Shown: one piece after another, positions 50,037 through 63,171 of the stretch
How positions within the stretch are numbered: position 1 is the stretch's first letter
How the letters are laid out: every line of letters starts with the position of its first letter
Assembly: GCF_009914755.1 (NCBI RefSeq)
Contig: NC_060942.1
DNA: 64,000 nucleotides
Reading direction: 5' to 3' (one strand)
From: the human T2T-CHM13v2.0 reference genome, Homo sapiens
Translations under genes and position numbers: made by a program
The notes under the pieces: generated by a model
Database searches by the model: none
What the model saw: only the letters and a program-made list of their open reading frames with translations
Told to the model about the DNA's origin: nothing

Positions 50037-51485
50037 CTAAGGTAAGATTCTTATACCTTTTATAACCCTTTACAATTTTTTTTTGTTAAAGAGTGGATTA
50101 TAAGCAGGATTTTGCTTTAAGAAAAACCTGTTATGTTTTTATTCCTATGTTTAATTTACAGGAAAACTGAATAATACCCCTTTAACTTTAGCCAATGTCC
50201 ATACACAGAATTTCTTTTACAATTAATTTTTTACAAACCTTCCACAACTTGTTCAAACCTTTAGCTTGATCCTAACTTAAAACAATACTTTAACCCTTTA
50301 ATCTAGGCAGAAACATCCACATTCCCATGACTTCTTATAATCTTTACCAAAAGTATATTCTACTTTCCTTTTCGCCTTGGGTGTGGAACTATTTCTTGCG
50401 TAGTCTCAAATACGGTGTTAGCTTTTAGCACCTTTTGCTTTTGGTGAAAATCTTGGTAAGTCAGGGATTTTTCATTATGTGCCAGGTGTGGGGCCTAGCC
50501 TGGGACCCACCAGACAGAAGTGCAGATGAGGGCAGACCCTCCCGCATGGCTAGGGTGTGGCTCTCCACATGTCCCCAGGCCTTAGCTAGAATCTAATGTC
50601 CCCAAGCTAGGTAAATTGGACAATTTTCAAAAGTCAAATAAGCAGTTTATGACCTTAAAGCATTGAGTAAACTTCATATCCTACCTGCATAATTTAGACC
50701 AAATGTCTTTATTTTACCAATAATCTTTAAAACTTTTTATTTCCCAAAGATTACTTCAGTCACATGAGCTAAATAAAAGTTATTACACTATTTACTTTTC
50801 TGACAAAATATTTGATTTAAGCTGTTATTGTAATTAAACCAATTAATCAAAACTCTTTTATATTACACACACAACACATATAAATAGAAGACGAAGGACT
50901 CATCCCCTAAGACAGGAATTGGGCCCTAAACCCGGGCCGCCATTGTGAAAAAAGAAAGCACAACCACATGGTTACAAGTTCAAGCTCCCAGGGACCTACA
51001 AGACAAGAGGGAAACCTCATCCAGTTTCGTTTTTTTTTCAGGGACCTGTAGCAACGTTTATAACTGACCAGTTTGCTGGGGCATCTTGAACAGTGGGCTT
51101 ATAGGAGTCCCGCTCTCCGTGGTGGTTCCCACATCCACTCAGGGGTGTCTGGGTTCTCAGGGACACCTGCTTCTTGCTGGGCACCGTGGCCTGGACTTAC
51201 CACCTGGCCTCCAGGGTTCAGGCCGTGGACATCTGCCCTGAAGTAGCCTGTGGGGACTGTCACGCCACAGTTAATGTCCTGGGTCCTTGGCATCAAGTCT
51301 GTAAAGCTGTCTTTGCTTTCTCAACAGCACTGTGTGGGAGTTGGCTGGGCCTCGGCGAGTGTTGCCTGTCTCTGTCGTCACTAGGATGTTAGCGGGAAAT
51401 GGTGGCGTTCTCTCCACGCAGTTGCTGCTTTGCCTGTGGATCATGTTTTTCTTCTCCCTATTGATCAGCACACATCACAAATTTG

Positions 51486-51769
51486 ATTTGAGACGGAGTC
51501 TTGCTCTGTCACCCAGGCTAGAGTGCAGTGGCGCGATCTCGGCTCACTGCAACCTCTGCCTCCTGGGTTCAAGTGATTCTCCTGCCTCACCTCCCGAGTA
51601 GCTGGGATTACAGGCACCCGCCACCGCACCCGGCTAACTTTTGTATTTTCACTAGAGACAGAGTTTCACCATCTTGGCCCGGCTGGTCTCGAACCCCTGA
51701 CCTCGTGATTCACCTGCCTCAGCCTCCCAAAGTGCTGGGATTACAGGCGTGAGCCACTGGGCCCAGGCT
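51486..51769 (-). mobile_element. AluS
   Basis: Reverse-complement Alu consensus. Confidence 0.9.
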
Positions 51770-54514
51770 ATTTTTTAATTAAGTTAATAGTAAGTTATAA
51801 ACAACACATTATAAATAATATAAATTACAAATAATACATTAATAAATTAATAATACAATTTTTTTAATTTTAATTTTTAACATGTTAGGCATTGAGGTAA
51901 GTACAGTGGATAAACACCCATCACGCACAGAAAAAAGGAATGAGGAAGGCACGTTTGCCACACATCTGCTCCCTGCTCTGGGAGCCCTCCCTGTTCCTTG
52001 TGGTTTAATCTTCTAGAACTCTGATGGCGGCATTACTGTGAGTTTTGCTTCTCCAGAAGGCTTCTTCTTAAAGCTTTCTGAGCACTGGTACTCACAAAAC
52101 TCTCCCCTGGTGAAATGAAAACACACACAGGCGGGAAGTGAGCCAGTTCTCAACTTGAGTGGCTTCTCCCCAATGCATGCTTTTTAAAACTTCCAGCGTT
52201 TTCTAATCAGATCTGGGCAATATTGTGGCATCACCTCCTGCATCCGCCTTTACCCTCCTCATCCTGTTCTTTGTCCTAAAAAAGGCTGTGGGACCAGCCG
52301 GTCTCAGAGCCCAGGTGGAGCCTCAGCTCCCCTGCGACCTGTGCTTTTCCGAGGGTGCCGCCTGGCAGGGCCTGCGTCAGGGTCACCCTGGCAGGACCAG
52401 AGGTCAGAGGTCACCCTGGCCAGACCAGAGCCTCGGAGGTCCCTGGGCTGCAGTGAGGGAGATCAGAGGTCGTGGGCTGGGGCCAGCCAGGAAGAGTTGG
52501 GGGCAGCAGGGAGCACAGTCTGGCCCTTGACATTCCCACCTGCTTGTCTGCTCCACAGGACAGTGGTCAGGAGGGCCCGGGAGTGAGTGTGCAGGGTCCT
52601 GGGTGGGCTCCACATGCATCTCATGGGGCAGCAGGACCCCGATGAGGGCACCCACAGGGTGGGAGGGTGGAGAGCTCTGCTAACCAAGATGGGGAGGCCC
52701 GGGTCAGGGCCAGCTCTGCCTCCGAGGCTATATCCAGCAGCCTTCGGCCTTGCCGTGTGAGCTCGTGGAAGCCCATGCAGTGTGTGCCCCTCTGGTTGTA
52801 TCTGGTGAGGCCTTGTACAGGGATGAGCTCGGACCTGAGTTTCAGTCAGCAGAAAAATAAGTTTCTGGAGGACTTGATTCTTTTCAGGGCATTCAGTTCT
52901 GTGTTTCGCCTGTACCCAAGATGAGATTTCTAATACAGTGATGTGTTTAAAATTAACCATATCTCCAGGGCAGCATCCAGCTGTGAGCCTTGGTGAAGAA
53001 GGTCCTGGAGACGGGAGTGAATGGGGTGGGGCCATCCTTGGACACACAGGAGGTTCCTGGGCCCTGGGGATGTGTCCGTGGGTGCTGAGGAGATGAGGGG
53101 TGCATGCTGTCTGGGTTCTTTTCTCTCCGCTCCATCTCTTGCAAGGTGAGGAGGGGTCTGCTGTTGATTCCTGTCCTGCCTGTGGTGCTGAAGCTCCCCT
53201 CAAGCTGGGCTTTCTCAGCAGGGAGAGTTTCTTCATTGCTTGTAGAAGTTTATGCTTCCCTGCTTTAGTCTGGGCAAATTGCTCCCCAAAGGACATGAGA
53301 GCTGAGGCTGTGTTTTTAGAGATAGGGAGCAGCTACAGGGACTTAGCTTCTTAATGAATTAATTCACAAATCTCAGCAGCTCCTGGCGATAAGATATGCA
53401 GAGCTGATGGCAGGGAGGACACGAGGTGGCTCAAAGGGAACTAAGCTTTGCGTGTGAATTTAGGGTGAGGCTAAGAGCCCTCCAGGCAGGCAGAGGAGGG
53501 TGCTGGAGGGAGGAGAGGCCGGTATAGGACCTTCGCCTTGAAGAAAGCACCCAGGTAAGGCTGGGCAGTGTTGGGAGAGAGCTTTAGTTGATCTTTTTGT
53601 TTTTGGATGTTTTCTGATGGTCCTCTATGGCTTTGGAAAATGGAGAGAAGACAGAGAGGCGTAGGCACTGAAGGCTGCAGCTGTGATTGAGGATCACGAC
53701 GCCTATTGGGGCTGCTCACCTGCCTAGGCCTGGGTGAGGAGGTGCTGGGGCCTGGCTGCACACACGTTCCTGCCCCAGAACTCAGTTGGGGGCTCGGAGC
53801 AGGAGAAGCTGCACACGGTGAGCGTGTGGGGCGCAGAAGCCCGTCTGCAGAGGTTCCACACCATGCAGAAAGTGGCCAGTGAAAGACAAGGAGGTGTTCC
53901 CGGGAGTGGAAGGGCTGGGGCCTGGAGAAAGGGGAGATGGGAGGAGTTGGGGGCTACAGAGGACACCACCCCTGGAGCTGGCAAGCATGGCAGGAAGGGG
54001 AGAGTTGAGCCGAGAAGGGCGGCCAGGGCAAGACGATGACCTGGAGTGGGGGCCCCAGAGGTCCTGCTCAGGGGCCTGCAGACCAGTATGCCTGGAAGAT
54101 TCTGCAGGCCGATTATGAGGCCCACCAAGGTAGGCAGCCCCCTTCCAGGGCCATCCTTCAAGCTTGGTAACTGTGTGGGAACAAACAAGACCTGTTGGGT
54201 GTCCAGTTCTGCTCTTGCTGCAATTCTGAAAGTCGACCATTTAAAGACTGTTATATAAACATAATCTTTTAATGAGAAATACTTCCCTTGTATTGTTTTT
54301 TTGAACTCTTGACTTAGTGTAGTATAGGATCTGGAAATAAGAAAACCGGATATCTCGGAAGAGAAATATAACAGCTTGTCTGTTTTCTTCTATTGCACAA
54401 CTTAAATATGCTACAGTTAAGTGGGTCAAAATCTACCTGGAGGTGAAAGCTGGGTGGATGGGGGTCCATTCCTCTGTGAACTGGGGATGGCAACGCAGTC
54501 TCCAAAGGGTAAGA

Positions 54515-54691
54515 GCAAACGGACAGGCCTGGAGGGCGCAGCTCAGATGCACCCGTTGGCAAATGGACAGGCCTGGAGGGCGCAGCTCAGATGCACCCGT
54601 TGGCAAATGGACAGGCCTGGAGGACCCAGCTCAGATGCGCCCGTTGGCAAACGGACAGGCCTGGAGGGCGCAGCTCAGATGTACCTGTTGG
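54515..54691 (+). repeat. 44-bp tandem repeat, 4 copies
   Basis: gcaaa(c/t)ggacaggcctggagggcgcagctcagatgcacccgttg at 54515, 54559, 54603 and 54647. Confidence 0.92.
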
Positions 54692-56098
54692 GCTTTGGCT
54701 GTTTTTGTTGCACACAAAGGTCTGGGAGGAGCACAGAACCCTCCCTGAGGATGAGATTATGGAGGTTGTAGCGTTGAGGAGGTTCAGGTGCTGCCTTATA
54801 TACTTTTATGTAGTGTGAATTTTTCAAGAAAGGTATTGTTTTTGTAATGTAAGAAAAGATTCCATATTGAGGAGAGTAAGTAGATCTGACAGGTGTGCAG
54901 CCTTAGGCATTAGTTATTAAATACATATTCATTTAATTAAAACTCAAAAATTTAAATGTTTTCCTCCTCATTAGAATATGCCATTCCAAAATATCACCAT
55001 ATTATTCTATCTCCCAAGAACTCTGTCCTCAGTATGGCTCCCGGTAGAATGAGGGTGAGACGTTGAAATGTGGACGTATCATCACTATAAAAGTTACATG
55101 TGGCAAATATAGTTTCTAATCCCTGCTTTTCTTTCATTTTCTTAGTTATTAGCATCATTCTCCCTGATGCTTCTCGATCACAGAAGTGGCCACTGTCTTA
55201 CTGGATTAGGCTCTAATCCCCATGCCCTTGGCCAAGTCAGATTTACCCTTCGAGTTCACTGTTGCCTGTTGGGATGGCCCTGCCCTGGATCTGTGGAATG
55301 AGCAGCCGCTCCTGTTTGCACCAACTGAAATCCTCTCTTCTGCTTGAAATTTTTGGTAGCCTTGCTGGCAGCTCAGAATGAGGCTCAGTTAGGACGGGGA
55401 GCTCATGAACCCCAGGGTGCAAGTACTGGATGTGGTCCTAACTAGCAAGGGCTCCAGAAAGGGACACAGTGAAAGAAAAGGAAAAGGAGTTATTTTTCTG
55501 CTATTGGAGAGGTGACAAATAACATGTTTGAAAGCAGCATTGTTGTGACATGCCCTTCTGCATTGCTGGCGGGTGGGGTGTCCTCCCTAGGGGAGTGGCC
55601 CGTGGTGTCTGCTGGAATCCCAAACACATTCACCCTTTGACCCAGCCATACCCTTGTGGGGACTTACCCTGCACCCTATTCTCTGCGGGAACACAATGGG
55701 AATGAGGAAAAGTCACGGTTGTAACCAGAGCAGTATTGTGAAGATGAACCTTTTAAACAAAATTCTAAAATATTAAAATCAATATGAATACTCTGTAACT
55801 TCAGAGAATCAGGTCTGGAATAATAATATTAATAAGAGCGAATATCTAGTAAGGGCTGAATTCCCTGGGTGCCCAATATGGACTTAGTTGTGTCCCACTC
55901 AGCTAGATAGGCCCAGTACAGGAAATTTCTTTCTTTCAGAGCCTTTTAAACATCAGAATGGCATGTTTTTCTTAAATGGGCAGATCCTTCTATTCTCAAA
56001 TTGCAAAGCAAAATGTAGATGGAATGAAAAATCTGTAAGGGGGGCAAACAGCATTCTGGTCATACCTCTTTTATTTTCATTTTTATTTTTATAACTAT

Positions 56099-56226
56099 TG
56101 TTTTTATTAGAGACAGGGTCTCTCTGTGTTGCCCAGGCTGATCTTCAATTCCTGGCCTTAAGCAATCCACCCGCCTCAGCCTCTCAAAGTGCTGGGATTA
56201 CAGGCGTGAGTCCCCGCACCCAGACT
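56099..56226 (-). mobile_element. Alu monomer (FLAM-like)
   Basis: Single left arm. Confidence 0.8.
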
Positions 56227-56746
56227 GTCTCTTTTATTTTGAATGCTAGGTTAGGGTGGCATTTGTAAATACCATGGTAAATTCCTTTCTCTTTTTCTCT
56301 TTCAAGGTGGATGAAGACCTGATCATTGAAGTTCACCAGTTATTTTTCTCAAGAATGTGAATAACAATGGGATTTGCACTCATTATATTTTTAGAATGGC
56401 TTCGCATAATTTTCAGTGAGTACTTTGGACTGTTCGTATATCGACTCTTTGCCTTAACAGCTTGGTTTGACTTAAGCCTACACTGGGTTTTTCTTTGATT
56501 TTGCTTGGGAATGGTTTGATAAAGGAAAATGGATGATTGTATAAAATAAAACTCAACATGGAATAAATAGTAACTAGAAGTGAGCAAAATACTTCTATAG
56601 AAATAAACATCTTAAGATGACTTTTTAAAAAATTATCAAGAGTATCATAAAATATAGCAGTACATTAGATAATTTGGGATAGTTTTTCTATGAACCCATG
56701 ATTACGTAAAATTCTTGAAACCTCTAAAGAAATGTCCTATTTTTAG

Positions 56747-57082
<336 letters not shown>

Positions 57083-57658
57083 CTATTTGGAAACCAAATT
57101 TTCTTTTTGGAAGGCCCCCATTTTGTGTTCAGTGAAAAATTAGTTGGCAAGACATGGACTTCTAATCAAGTTATTTTTGTAGTTGTGCTCAGAATATCTG
57201 TGGAATATTAGCTGATGCAGAGTAGATTTTTCACGTTAGATATTGGAATAAACAGAGTTGCTCCTTATCACAAATGTATCATGTTTCTCTATCGGCATCA
57301 CATTGTGCTAAACCCACTATTGTGTTAAATATATAAACTTTGTTGTCTTTTTTTTATAACTCAAATACTTCAAAAGGACAGCTCTAGAGAAGGTAAAATT
57401 TCACAAGACTAAACCTTGGGATACCCAAGGTATTACAATACAAAGCCTTACATTTACATGGAAAAGCAAGAAGTCTGGACTGAAAGCTCTGAATATATCA
57501 CCAACAACAGCACCACTGTAGGTGGATCCAGGGTTTGCAGCTTTGATCTTGAGGTGAGGGGGCAGCCAGTCATGGACGAAGCCTGCATTTGCCTTCATCG
57601 CTGCCATGCCAGCCTCAGGTGGTCACTCCCAGGAGGGTGCATGGTGCTACCTGGACCA

Positions 57659-60052
57659 CTGTGCACACTTGCTGGTCACCCCCCGGGAGGGCTCACTGTG
57701 CACACCTGCTGGTCACCCCCCGGGAGGGTTCCCTGTGCACACCTGCTGGTCGCCCCTGGGAGGGTTCCCTGTGCACACCTGCTGGTCACCCCCCGGGAGG
57801 GTTCGCTGTGCACACCTGTTGGTCGCCCCTGGGAGGGTTCCCTGTGCACACCTGCTGGTCGCCCCTGGGAGGGTTCCCTGTGCACACCTGCTGGTCACCC
57901 CTGGGAGGGTTCCCTGTGCACACCTGCTGGTCGGCCCCCGGGAGGGTTCCCTGTGCACACCTGCTGGTCGCCCCTGGGAGGGTTCCCTGTGCACACCTGC
58001 TGGTCACCCCCCGGGAGGGTTCCCTGTGCACACCTGCTGGTCACCCCCCGGGAGGGTTCCCTGTGCACACCTGCTGGTCGCCCCTGGGAGGGTTCCCTGT
58101 GCACACCTGCTGGTCACCCCTGGGAGGGTTCCCTGTGCACACCTGCTGGTCGGCCCCCGGGAGGGTTCCCTGTGCACACCTGCTGGTCGCCCCTGGGAGG
58201 GTTCCCTGTGCACACCTGCTGGTCACCCCCCGGGAGGGTTCCCTGTGCACACCTGCTGGTCACCCCCCGGGAGGGTTCCCTGTGCACACCTGCTGGTCGC
58301 CCCTGGGAGGGTTCCCTGTGCACACCTGCTGGTCACCCCTGGGAGGGTTCCCTGTGCACACCTGCTGGTCGGCCCCCGGGAGGGTTCCCTGTGCACACCT
58401 GCTGGTCGCCCCTGGGAGGGTTCCCTGTGCACACCTGCTGGTCACCCCCCGGGAGGGTTCCCTGTGCACACCTGCTGGTCACCCCCCGGGAGGGTTCCCT
58501 GTGCACACCTGCTGGTCGCCCCTGGGAGGGTTCCCTGTGCACACCTGCTGGTCACCCCTGGGAGGGTTCCCTGTGCACACCTGCTGGTCACCCCCCGGGA
58601 GGGTTCCCTGTGCACACCTGCTGGTCACCTCCCGGGAGGGTTCCCTGTGCACACCTGTTGGTCGCCCCCGGGAGGGTTCCCTGTGCACACCTGCTGGTCG
58701 CCCCCGGGAGGGTTCCCTGTGCACACCTGCTGGTCGGCCCCCGGGAGGGTTCCCTGTGCACACCTGCTGGTCGGCCCCCGGGAGGGTTCCCTGTGCACAC
58801 CTGCTGGTCACCCCCCGGGAGGGTTCCCTGTGCACACCTGCTGGTCGCCCCTGGGAGGGTTCCCTGTGCACACCTGCTGGTCACCCCTGGGAGGGTTCCC
58901 TGTGCACACCTGCTGGTCGGCCCCCGGGAGGGTTCCCTGTGCACACCTGCTGGTCACCCCCCGGGAGGGTTCCCTGTGCACACCTGCTGGTCACCCCCCG
59001 GGAGGGTTCCCTGTGCACACCTGCTGGTCGCCCCTGGGAGGGTTCCCTGTGCACACCTGCTGGTCACCCCTGGGAGGGTTCCCTGTGCACACCTGCTGGT
59101 CACCCCCCGGGAGGGTTCCCTGTGCACACCTGCTGGTCACCTCCCGGGAGGGTTCCCTGTGCACACCTGTTGGTCGCCCCCGGGAGGGTTCCCTGTGCAC
59201 ACCTGCTGGTCGCCCCCGGGAGGGTTCCCTGTGCACACCTGCTGGTCGGCCCCCGGGAGGGTTCCCTGTGCACACCTGCTGGTCACCCCCCGGGAGGGTT
59301 CCCTGTGCACACCTGCTGGTCACCCCCCGGGAGGGTTCCCTGTGCACACCTGCTGGTCGGCCCCCGGGAGGGTTCCCTGTGCACACCTGCTGGTCACCTC
59401 CCAGGAGGGTTCGCTGTGCACACCTGTTGGTCGCCCCCGGGAGGGTTCGCTGTGCACACCTGTTGGTCGCCCCTGGGAGGGTTCCCTGTGCACACCTGCT
59501 GGTCGCCCCTGGGAGGGTTCCCTGTGCACACCTGCTGGTCGCCCCTGGGAGGGTTCCCTGTGCACACCTGCTGGTCGCCCCTGGGAGGGTTCCCTGTGCA
59601 CACCTGCTGGTCGCCCCTGGGAGGGTTCCCTGTGCACACCTGCTGGTCGCCCCCCCGCCCCCCACCCCCCACCAGAGCTCGTTGTGCACACCTTGCTGGT
59701 CACCCCCCGGGAGGGTTCCCTGTGCACACCTGCTGGTCGCCCCTGGGAGGGTTCCCTGTGCACACCTGCTGGTCGCCCCGGGAGGGTTCCCTGTGCACAC
59801 CTGCTGGTCGCCCCCGGGAGGGTTCGCTGTGCACACCTGCTGGTCGCCTCCCGGGAGGGTTCCCTGTGCACACCTGCTGGTCACCCCCCGGGAGGGTTCC
59901 CTGTGCACACCTGCTGGTCGCCCCTGGGAGGGTTCCCTGTGCAGACCTGCTGGTCGCCCCCGGGAGGGTTCGCTGTGCACATCTGCTGGTCGCCTCCCGG
60001 GAGGGTTCCCTGTGCACACCTGCTGGTCACCCCCCGGGAGGGTTCCCTGTGC
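57659..60052 (+). repeat. VNTR, 36/37-bp unit, ~65 copies
   Basis: ctgtgcacacctgctggtc(a/g)cccc(c/t)gggagggttcc repeated over ~2.4 kb. Confidence 0.98.
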
Positions 60053-60597
60053 TGCCTGGGCTGCTGTGCTGCCTACACCACTGTGCAAGCCTGCAGGCCG
60101 GCGCCCAGCAGCAAGACCCTGCTCACCTACCCTGAGTGCTGTTCTGCTTGCCAACAGATTTGAGGGATGTTCTGCAGACTCTGGGCTGTTGAGAAGTTTG
60201 TGATCCAATGACAGATGTCCCATTTATGGATCCAGTTGGACATTTTTGTGGACTGGCTTTAAGGTTTCAGAACACATTAAATACTGCCTCCCCAAAGTTG
60301 AAACTAACTTTCAGGGCTGGGAGTAGCCTTACATCCTAGCCACCCTTCTTCGTACAGAAAGCAATCCCAAGTGGCCCTGAAGCAGGCTAGTGCCGAGTGT
60401 AAGGAGAGCCCGGGGCCTGTGTGCCTCACCTTTGGCATGAGTGAGGCTCTGTGCACGTAAGAAAGACCCTGTGGACCTGTCCGGGAGGACCTGGGTGCCA
60501 GCAGGGATGGCCAGGGTGCTGTGGGATCACTGTTGCTGCCAGCTAGTCTCTCAGAGTAAAATGGGAAAAACCCCATGACAGGGATTGGAGCTGGTAC

Positions 60598-60897
60598 TTT
60601 TGTTGTTGTTCAAGACAGGGTCTGGCTCTGTCACCCGGATTGAAGTGCAGTGGTGCAATCATGGCTCACTGCAGCTTTGACCTCCTGGGCTCAATTAGTC
60701 CTCTCACCTCAGCCTCCCAAGTAGCTGGGACTACAGGTGCGCACCACCATGCCCTGCTAACTTTTTTTTTTTTTTTAAGAAATGGGGTCTTGCTGTGTTG
60801 CCCAGGCTGGTCTCCAACTCCTGGCCTCAAGTGATCCTCCCACCTCGGCCTCCCACAGCGCTGGGACTACAGGAGTGAGCTGTGGCGCCCAGCCTGG
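60598..60897 (-). mobile_element. AluJ
   Basis: Diverged reverse Alu. Confidence 0.88.
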
Positions 60898-61531
60898 AGC
60901 TGCTGCTGATGGGAACACACTGCTCCTGTCTCCTTTAAGATGGGCTGAAGGGGAAATGGTAGCTCATGTAATTTTCTCGGCATTGGAGGCTGATGTCTGT
61001 TGTCACAGAAGTGTGGGGGATTTTGTACATAGGTGTTCTTTATTTTGAAGTGGTCCCAAATGTGGAGCGTTGCCTAGGGGTTCCCAAGTGAGCATTACGT
61101 GAGGGCTGTGCTCTGATATTTCTCAGTGAAAACTTGTTCATTAAGATCATTACTGGAATGAAGTAAGTACGTGTGGAAGTTTTGTGTCTGACTGTTTGGG
61201 GAGAGTATCACTAAAATTAGGCGTTTTGTGATGTAGACTCTGTGTAAACAAGGACATTGTCATGAGTATCTCCCAGTAACACACTGCAGCCTACCGTGGC
61301 TTTTGGTTAGCATTCCTGAGTGGAAACATCTTTGAACTACACAGATGCTGCTCCACTTACGATGGCAATGGCCTCTACGCTGACAGGACCCCCTTGTGAG
61401 AGGGGCATTACTGAATGCAGATGGCTTTCACGCTCTAGTACAGTTGACCCGTTGTGAGTCAGGCCATTGTGAGTCGGGCCTGTGTGCTGTGCTGTGTCCT
61501 CAGTTCTGGGTCCACTCTGCTGTGTGTGATT

Positions 61532-62448
61532 CCAGAGTCCCAGAGCACAGGGTCCCAGAGCACAGAGTCCCAGAGCAGTGAGTCCCAGAGCACAGGGTCC
61601 CAGAGCACAGAGTCCCAGAGCAGTGAGTCCCAGAGCACAGGGTCCCAGAGCACAGAGTCCCAGAGCAGTGAGTCCCAGAGCACAGGGTCCCAGAGCACAG
61701 AGTCCCAGAGCAGTGAGTCCCAGAGCACAGGGTCCCAGAGCACAGAGTCCCAGAGCATAGGGTCCCAGAGCACAGGGTCCCAGAGCACAGAGTCCCAGAG
61801 CACAGGGTCCCAGAGCACAGAGTCCCAGAGCACAGGGTCCCAGAGCACAGGGTCCCAGAGCACAGAATCCCAGAGCACAGGGTCCCAGAGCACAGGGTCC
61901 CAGAGCACAGAATCCCAGAGCACAGGGTCCCAGAGCACAGAATCCCAGAGCACAGGGTCCCAGAGCACAGAATCCCAGAGCACAGGGTCCCAGAGCACAG
62001 AATCCCAGAGCACAGGGTCCCAGAGCACAGAATCCCAGAGCACAGGGTCCCAGAGCACAGGGTCCCAGAGCACAGAATCCCAGAGCACAGGGTCCCAGAG
62101 CACAGGGTCCCAGAGCACAGGGTCCCAGAGCACAGGGTCCCAGAGCACAGAATCCCAGAGCACAGGGTCCCAGAGCACAGAATCCCAGAGCACAGGGTCC
62201 CAGAGCACAGGGTCCCAGAGCACAGAATCCCAGAGCACAGGGTCCCAGAGCACAGAATCCCAGAGCACAGGGTCCCAGAGCACAGAATCCCAGAGCACAG
62301 GGTCCCAGAGCACAGAATCCCAGAGCACAGGGTCCCAGAGCACAGAATCCCAGAGCACAGGGTCCCAGAGCACAGGGTCCCAGAGCACAGAATCCCAGAG
62401 CACAGGGTCCCAGAGCACAGGGTCCCAGAGCACAGGGTCCCAGAGCAC
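61532..62448 (+). repeat. VNTR, 15-bp unit, ~61 copies
   Basis: cccagagcacag(gg/ag/aa)t repeated. Confidence 0.98.
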
Positions 62449-62514
62449 TGCACTCCTCCTCTGCTTTGTCGAGCAGCGGCTGCCTCCCTCCTTTTCTGAT
62501 GGAATGCTCTAGAG

Positions 62515-63032
62515 CAGGGGTTCCTAACCAAGGACTGCTACCCGTCCATGGCCTGTTAGGAACTGGGCTGCACAGCAGAAGGTGAGCAGTGGGAGAGTGA
62601 GCAAAGCTTCCTCTGTATTTACAGCCACTCCCCTTCGCTGGTGATACTGCCTGAGCTCTGCCTCCTGTCATATCTGTGGTGCAGTAGGTTCTCAGAGGAG
62701 CACGAACCCTATCGTGAACTGTGCCTGCGAGGATCTAGGTTGCACACTCCTTATGAGAATCTAATGCCTGATGATCTGTCACTGTCTCCCATCACCCCAA
62801 GATGGGACCATCTAGTTTCAGGAAAACAAATTCACGGGTCCCACTGATTCTATGTAATGGTGAGTTGTATAATTATTTTATTATATATTATAATGTAATA
62901 ACAAAGACATAAAGTGTACAATAAATGAATGCACTTGAATCACCCCAAAACCGTCCCCCTGCCCCTGCTGTCGGTGAAAAAATTGTCCTCCACAAAACCC
63001 GTCTCTGGTGCCAAAGAGGCTGGGACCCGCTG
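62515..63032. mobile_element. MER1A-like hAT-Charlie element
   Basis: TIRs caggggttcctaacc / ggctgggacccgctg; imperfect 8-bp TSD ctctagag/ctcaggag. Confidence 0.85.
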
Positions 63033-63171
63033 CTCAGGAGGTTCCTCCCTGTCTTCCTCAGTCCGGCAGCCCGGCCTTCATGTGACTGTGACTGCTCTTT
63101 ACGTGTGGAAGCTCGGTAATAAGAATGTCAACAGAAAAGACTCCAAGGTTAAGTTGATCATACTTGGGCTT

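Noticed and set aside
52463-53296. 277-aa minus-strand ORF
   Set aside because: No recognisable domain, composition typical of GC-rich non-coding DNA, and no supporting exon structure
57659-60052. 36-37-bp repeat as CRISPR direct repeats, or as an NF-kB site array
   Set aside because: There are no spacers, and GGGAGGGTTCCC does not fit GGGRNNYYCC on either strand
61337-62671. Mucin- or keratin-associated-like repeat proteins (SQSTG, CALGP, LWDPV)
   Set aside because: Translations of a 15-bp VNTR on both strands, flanked by MER1A-derived sequence; no gene structure
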